This document shows positions 58,589 to 64,000 of a stretch of DNA of 64,000 nucleotides, one piece after another. Where the stretch lies: the NCBI RefSeq assembly GCF_003704095.1, contig NW_020845812.1, positions 1,054,001-1,118,000 of the forward strand. Direction: 5' to 3'. The stretch's first letter is position 1; the number at the start of each line of letters is the position of its first letter. Position numbers and translations under genes: made by a program. Origin of the DNA: Pocillopora damicornis (Eukaryota). A model generated the notes under the pieces. The model ran no database searches, was not told the origin of the DNA, and saw nothing but the letters and a program-made list of their open reading frames with translations.

Positions 58589-59536
58589 TTAAGTTGTTAT
58601 ACCTTGGCTGCCGGTAAAGTCTGAATTTATCCTTACATTTAAAGCAAGATCACTGGGCGAACTGTCTAATCGGTACGTTCTTAGCAGTTCTCTCCTGAAA
58701 TCTTTCTTTAATAATCCATACGCCACAGGATTTGCTGCGGAATTGGTTAAAATTAGAACGGAGGAAATTTCATAGACGGATTCAGGTGGTATGTGTTCAC
58801 CAAAAACGGCAGCAATCCGGACGCAGACACCAAACAGATAACAAATTAAGAACAAAATGACAATAGCAACGATGAGCTTTGGGGAAGAAATATCGTGGGC
58901 CGGGAAGGATTGTCTTCTACCTCTTGCCTCAGAATAATTGAAATCTAACTGGGCTATGACTACGCATCGTTCTATGCGACACCTTCGAGCTATCAGCAAG
59001 ATTCGCACAATGGCCAGGGGAAGAAGAAGGCAAGGAATAATTCCATATACGAATAATGTGCCGATGATGAAAACTTTCCAACAGGTTGTCCTTTGTGCCA
59101 TTGAATTGGCCAAGTACGTCCACGATAAAGGCAGAAGCGCCGTGGCAGCTGGAAAACACCAGGCGGCCAATATGCCGAACATAACTCTTCTTTGAGTCAT
59201 AGTGGTCAGATACTTCAGTGGCTTGACGATCGCGATGTATCGATCTACAGTCATTAAACAAAGGTTTGTTACGGAAGCACAGAGGAAAACATCAACACAC
59301 AGCCAGTGAATATGTCTCTGGTAGCAGAATTCTTCCGCTTTACAAGCTCTGTAATAAGGAAGGAACGAAGCCCCAACAAATAGATCAGCTGCCGCTAAAG
59401 ATAAGACGAACCAATTTGCTTTGGAGTGAAGCCTTTGCCTGAATGTGATCAGATATATAACAAGGCCATTGCCGACGATTGCGGTCGCAGTAATGATCCA
59501 CTGAAGGACAACGACAAAAGTTTCTCTCCCTTGCAT
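58589..59536 (-). CDS. Orphan class A GPCR (family A, copy 11), 315 aa
   Basis: GN, NWFVLSLAAAD, DRY, FLICY, NPVAY, KKDFRREL. Confidence 0.93.
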   Translation of the reverse strand: MQGRETFVVVLQWIITATAIVGNGLVIYLITFRQRLHSKANWFVLSLAAADLFVGASFLPYYRACKAEEFCYQRHIHWLCVDVFLCASVTNLCLMTVDRYIAIVKPLKYLTTMTQRRVMFGILAAWCFPAATALLPLSWTYLANSMAQRTTCWKVFIIGTLFVYGIIPCLLLPLAIVRILLIARRCRIERCVVIAQLDFNYSEARGRRQSFPAHDISSPKLIVAIVILFLICYLFGVCVRIAAVFGEHIPPESVYEISSVLILTNSAANPVAYGLLKKDFRRELLRTYRLDSSPSDLALNVRINSDFTGSQGITT

Positions 59537-62386
59537 AGTGATTAGTTCGATATCTTCGAGAACACTTCTTCCATTCCATTACGTTTTAATAGATCAGGTT
59601 GTTACGAATGAATAAGCAAACATTAATTTCACTTCACTTTCACGTCGTTTCGTTTATAGAAGAGCTGAAGGTCATAACATATTAATAAACCATAAGGGAA
59701 GATTGGCTGCTCTGACCACCATGGCATTAATAGAAAGATAAGAGTCTAAATTTAAACCACGAGAAAAAAAATAATCTTACGCTTCCAAATGCCATAACGT
59801 AGCTAAGCAAGGCCATTTCCGAGTAAATCTCCCTATTTTGGACTGAGACGAGTCATTTTTCTCTCTCAAAAGCGTGATTTTTAAAACGCTCGTTTCCTTT
59901 GTCACGAATACCCTCTCAGCTGGGGACCCTCTGGAAAGTACCCTTGACATTGTTCTAAATTTGAACGACAAATCATTTTTCATTTTGCTAAGTGAGGTTA
60001 ACCACATCTAAAACGCTTCTGTCGCATTTTCCGAAGAATATCAGCAGCTAAGAAGCTTACATGGAGCTGTTCGACAAATTCAAGTTAAAATATACGTTAT
60101 ACACGCTATTTAAAAAAACTATCTCTATCTCAAAATCTAAGCCACTCGCACTATTAATATCAACAACGACAAAGGGTAGTAAAATATCGAGTTTATTATA
60201 AACAGCTGGGAAATGCTCTTTCTTGCATGTTAATGCATTGAATATGTACTGGCGAGATTCTTGTAAACTGTGGTTCGAGTAAACGATTCAAAAAGGGAAA
60301 AAACTCTCACTGAAAGATCGACATATCTGCACGATTCAGTTGAGAAAGGACACAATTCATACGCCACAAAGATCCTCAAACGATCATCCAGGGACAGACG
60401 GTACTCCACTTCATAAAGATCTTGGCCTATAGCGAGATTGTCTCTCACACAAAATGTTACACCTTTGAACGGAAGCGTAAACCCGCGCGGTGCCGTTTTC
60501 TTCGCTGTTCAAGCTGAGGTAAATTGCCTTTTCAACACAAAATAAAGCAAATTGTTTAATCGTTTATTTGATTATTATCAGTTTTAGATCTTTTTTCAAA
60601 TAATGGGATATTGATTTATCCTGATCTTATCAATTTCAATATTGCAATGTTTATGCAAAAATTTCGTAATAAACTTTATCCTTCGCCAAGGCTTTTAGTT
60701 TCTGAACAAATTGTTGTGTTGCGTTGAAGGGCAAGTTAACCAATCGGTTGGTGATCACATATAAATAGATAAAGGCTGGTTAAACAAAGCAGCGAATTTT
60801 CAAAAGCTGAGGGTTAAAAGACCGATGAGAGCTAGCTCTTGGAAAGATTAATACTTGAAACGTAAGCTATTCAAAATTCGCTTGGGCGGTTGATGATTAT
60901 ACGATTGTTTTGCTTCACACCTTGATGTATTCTCACCAAGCACCCGTCTCTCACGAGAGCCCAGCCCTCTCCTCCCCCCTTGTCATTACGCTTATGGCTT
61001 ACACGGGTGGTGTAACACACATTTTCAAAGATAACATGAATTATATGCCTCTAAATCCATATAGAGTTATATCTTGCGTTTACAGGGATTGGAACTATCG
61101 AGCACGACCTGTGTGTTACGTCTATTACGGCAACACGGTTTTCCTGTGATCAAGAGCTTTTTCAATGTTACGTTCCTTAAACGTGCTTAGATATCAGTAA
61201 CCCTTCATCTTTATGATTTGATTAATGAAGAAGGACATTAACTATCGCCACTATCGTTGAAACTCCGTTCAAAATAATGGAAATGAAATAGAAACCGCCA
61301 AACACCTAGAGAAGGCAAACGCAGTTTCAGATCAGTTCCCCAATCCATTTCTTTTACAACCAACCTCAAAAGTGGATGAAACAAAACGGAATAAAAGAGT
61401 TAAAACAGAAACAAAAAGATCGGGGAGGGGGGCTTCCGTAATCGAAGAGTCTAATGGTCAACGTCAATAACTAATAGTCAACGTCTTTTTTAAGGATACA
61501 TATAATGTACTCCATACCATTTAATTAAACAAATTACAGTGCAAGGAATATTTATCAACAGCCTTATTTAGTACTTTACGCCACCACTTCACTTTATTGT
61601 TTACAACAGTCTTTTACGTTCTATTACTTAACTATTAACCATATCCACATACACACTCAAATGTGCTAAGCAGATTCAATTCAAATGGAAAACAAAGTAT
61701 TTCCTCTTACAAGCATGCGTGCTGTAAAAAGTGTCGAAAGAATCTTTATTTCATATATATTGGGATTTACACTAGTCGTTCGTGACTCTGATTGGACGAA
61801 CGATGTATTTTCACAGTCGTTCCCTTCCAATCCCTGAATTGAAATGTGAAAAAATCTCAGTTTGTATAGATTAAAAACATCATAGTGTGAAAGTGCTTGA
61901 ACGATTTTTTACAGTCGTCGCGATGCATCAAAATACTCACTCGTTCTTTTTTATTCAATGCATCGCAACTCGCGCATAACAATCCGTTCGTGCGCGTTCT
62001 CCACGGAATAATCTGTACCAAATTATCCTCTCTCAAATAAGCGCCGCTCCTCTCCCTCCAAGTTTCTTCAAGGGCGAAGAGACAAGGAAAACCGTCAAGA
62101 TTCAACCCAAGGAGAGTTACAGTTCGCCGAACGGAATGATTACAAGCCCCTCCCTTCACCACTATCCCTGGTTTATTCATTATTTTAAGCAGTGCCTAGG
62201 ATTTCCATTCATTCAAGGAAATAGACTAACTCAGGGAAAAAACGAAAATGATCTCAAGCACAAACTTATCTTATAAAAATTCAATCGATAGTATTTGAAT
62301 TATTTCCATCAGAGCTCATTTTGAAACTGAAGCAATCTGCAAGTTACCTTAAATTACTTTAAGTGACTAAAACTATTACTCAAGCA

Positions 62387-62575
62387 AATAAAGGGCGTGA
62401 CTATCTAAAGAAACAGTGGTGTAACGTCAGTAGAGGGGTATAACAAGATAATCTGGTTTTATCAACTGAGTTAATAATGTAAATTGGTCACCGTAACGAG
62501 TTTTTAAAGCTGACGTTTCGAGCTTTAGCCCATCGTCAGAGCGATGACGAAGGACTACCTCTCGAAACGTCAGCT
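62387..62575. mobile_element. Short Penelope-LTR/retrozyme-like repeat ending in two back-to-back hammerhead motifs (palindrome 62508-62575)
   Basis: AGCTGACGTTTCGAGCTTTAGCCCATCGTCAG-AGCGA-TGACGAAGGACTACCTCTCGAAACGTCAGCT; minus-strand core GCT CTGACGA..GAAAC GTC AGC is intact, plus-strand copy is degenerate. Confidence 0.75.
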
Positions 62576-62798
62576 CGCTTAACCGACACGCTCGCCATTT
62601 TTCACCGGATGAACACAGTGTAAGTAACAGGGATATGACTAAAATGTGTAAGTGGAGGAGAGAGGATGAACCGAAGCTTAAGTACCTTTAAGACGTGACG
62701 ATGGGACGAAATTGACGGGAGAGGAAAATGGAGAAGAAAATTCATGTATTCTATTAAATATCAATGCAAAGATCCTGAGTCCGATGCAGTCGAGTTGA

Positions 62799-63629
62799 TC
62801 ATTTTTTTAAATCAGTGTAGGTTTCCAGAAGTCTTCGCTTCTTCCATTCTCCTGATGTAATTGGTGGATATTTATTTGAGCCATCCACGCACTCAATAAG
62901 TGCATCATGGTCTGGGTCGACAAATAATACTAATGAACGGCGAGGAACAGAGTGTTTTTGTTCAGCTTCTGGAATCAACACACGATGGACCTGGAAGAGA
63001 GAAATTGGTTGACAAAAACAAGAAGTTTTCATATTTGAATGTAGCTGAAAATTTAAGCTGAAATTGATTGAATCTAAGCTGAAAGTAACGAACATTCAAT
63101 GAAAATGAGAGAACCTATCATCTAAAAAAAAGATAACAATCTGTGTAGATTAATTTGGATGAACACCACAAAAAAAATTAAGTTCATAGTAGGAAAATAA
63201 ATGTTCGCTATTAGTGCTGTGCAGGAAAAAGGAAAAACCTCTATTTACTTTTTCGTCATCTCAAGTGGTTGCCACACAAGCAAGCTACTGTATACAACCT
63301 GGACAAGCGTGGAGAGATGCTATAAAAATGTGACCTTGTGCTTCAAAATTAACATTATATGTAGCAAAAAACTGCGTACTTCACATCAACATACTACATG
63401 TTGTTATAGCCGAAAATATTTCTCACTGCACGAGCACATTTTGTTCTCGTCGACCCCTAATTAGAAAATATCTAAAAAGATTCGTTCCCAAACTAGCCAA
63501 TAAAGGAACATTTAATACCGTGGACTTAAGTTTATCAGCTGTCCATCTCTGCATCAGGTCTGCAATATTCACCACTACTGTGCCTTTCATGGGTGTGGCT
63601 GGTATAAACTGGCCATCGACATTTTGTAC
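62799..63629 (-). CDS. 3' part of a 2-oxoglutarate/Fe(II)-dependent dioxygenase (isopenicillin N synthase-like family); exons 63519-63629 and 62799-62990, upstream exons outside the window
   Basis: Exon VQNVDGQFIPATPMKGTVVVNIADLMQRWTADKLKST (tag|...|gtatt, phase 0) splices to VHRVLIP..PRRSLVLFVDPD..YPPIT..; NIxDxMQRWT, distal His (HRV) and RxS motifs of the family. Confidence 0.9.
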
Positions 63630-64000
63630 CTATTGCGACATTATTTAGAAGAACATTTATTCTCACCGGTAAAGCCCAGCCAATTTAAACACAAATCATA
63701 AACAACCTCTCACATTTTTTACCATAATGGCTACGTTATTGGCCCTGATTTAAGCTGTCAAAGTTTTGAACGGCTTGGCTTCAAAATGTATTAACTCTCA
63801 ACTAGGAAAATATTTTTTGCAGTCCCTTGTGAATGTTGCAGTACATTCCATGGTCTCAGAGTGAGGACATTATTAACTCAATTTTGACTCAAGTAGATGA
63901 TTTTTGTTTTCGGTTTGTTTGCTTTTTTTCCCTTTATTAGGAAAAAGTGAAAGGTTTCTATAAAGATCAAGCATAACCTTTCCATTAAAGTAAAAATATG

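Noticed and set aside
860-59536. Opsin identity for the GPCRs
   Set aside because: No Lys seen at 7.43; the Lys in copy 10 is at 7.39
860-59536. Specific names such as octopamine, beta-adrenergic, histamine H2 or adenosine receptor
   Set aside because: Asp3.32 and other diagnostic residues are absent; orthology cannot be supported from sequence alone
1017-59579. Many short ORFs overlapping GPCR genes in other frames or antisense
   Set aside because: Shadow ORFs expected from coding-sequence composition
60230-62180. Short ORFs at 60230-60448, 60910-61149 and 61857-62180
   Set aside because: No recognisable motifs or consistent splice structure

Overview
Eukaryotic, AT-rich genomic DNA with spliceosomal introns. 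The repeat families and gene content suggest a scleractinian coral, possibly Pocilloporidae (inference, not verified). The window is dominated by an array of class A (rhodopsin-like) orphan GPCR genes with intronless coding regions: 13 intact and 1 pseudogene. Eleven intact genes and the pseudogene form one family with CX4-6C pairs in ECL1 and ECL3, no Cys3.25, no Asp3.32 and usually no Pro6.50. A tandem pair (42.2 and 44.9 kb) belongs to a different, melanocortin/adenosine (MECA)-like type. Embedded in the array are: (i) a spliced, highly atypical Wnt in which both canonical Frizzled-binding surfaces are rewritten (the lipidated CxCHGxSGSC thumb and the FxWCC index-finger tip); (ii) a two-exon secreted 12-Cys three-finger (Ly6/uPAR) protein with no GPI tail, whose signal-peptide exon is absent from the ORF track; (iii) two tRNA-Ser genes and a tRNA-Ser pseudogene; (iv) the last two exons of an IPNS-like 2OG-Fe(II) dioxygenase. 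Mobile DNA includes a Penelope-like GIY-YIG remnant, three short elements carrying minimal hammerhead ribozyme motifs, several MITE-like elements and a probable solo LTR. There is one 100-N assembly gap. All calls come from reading the sequence by eye; no database search was run.
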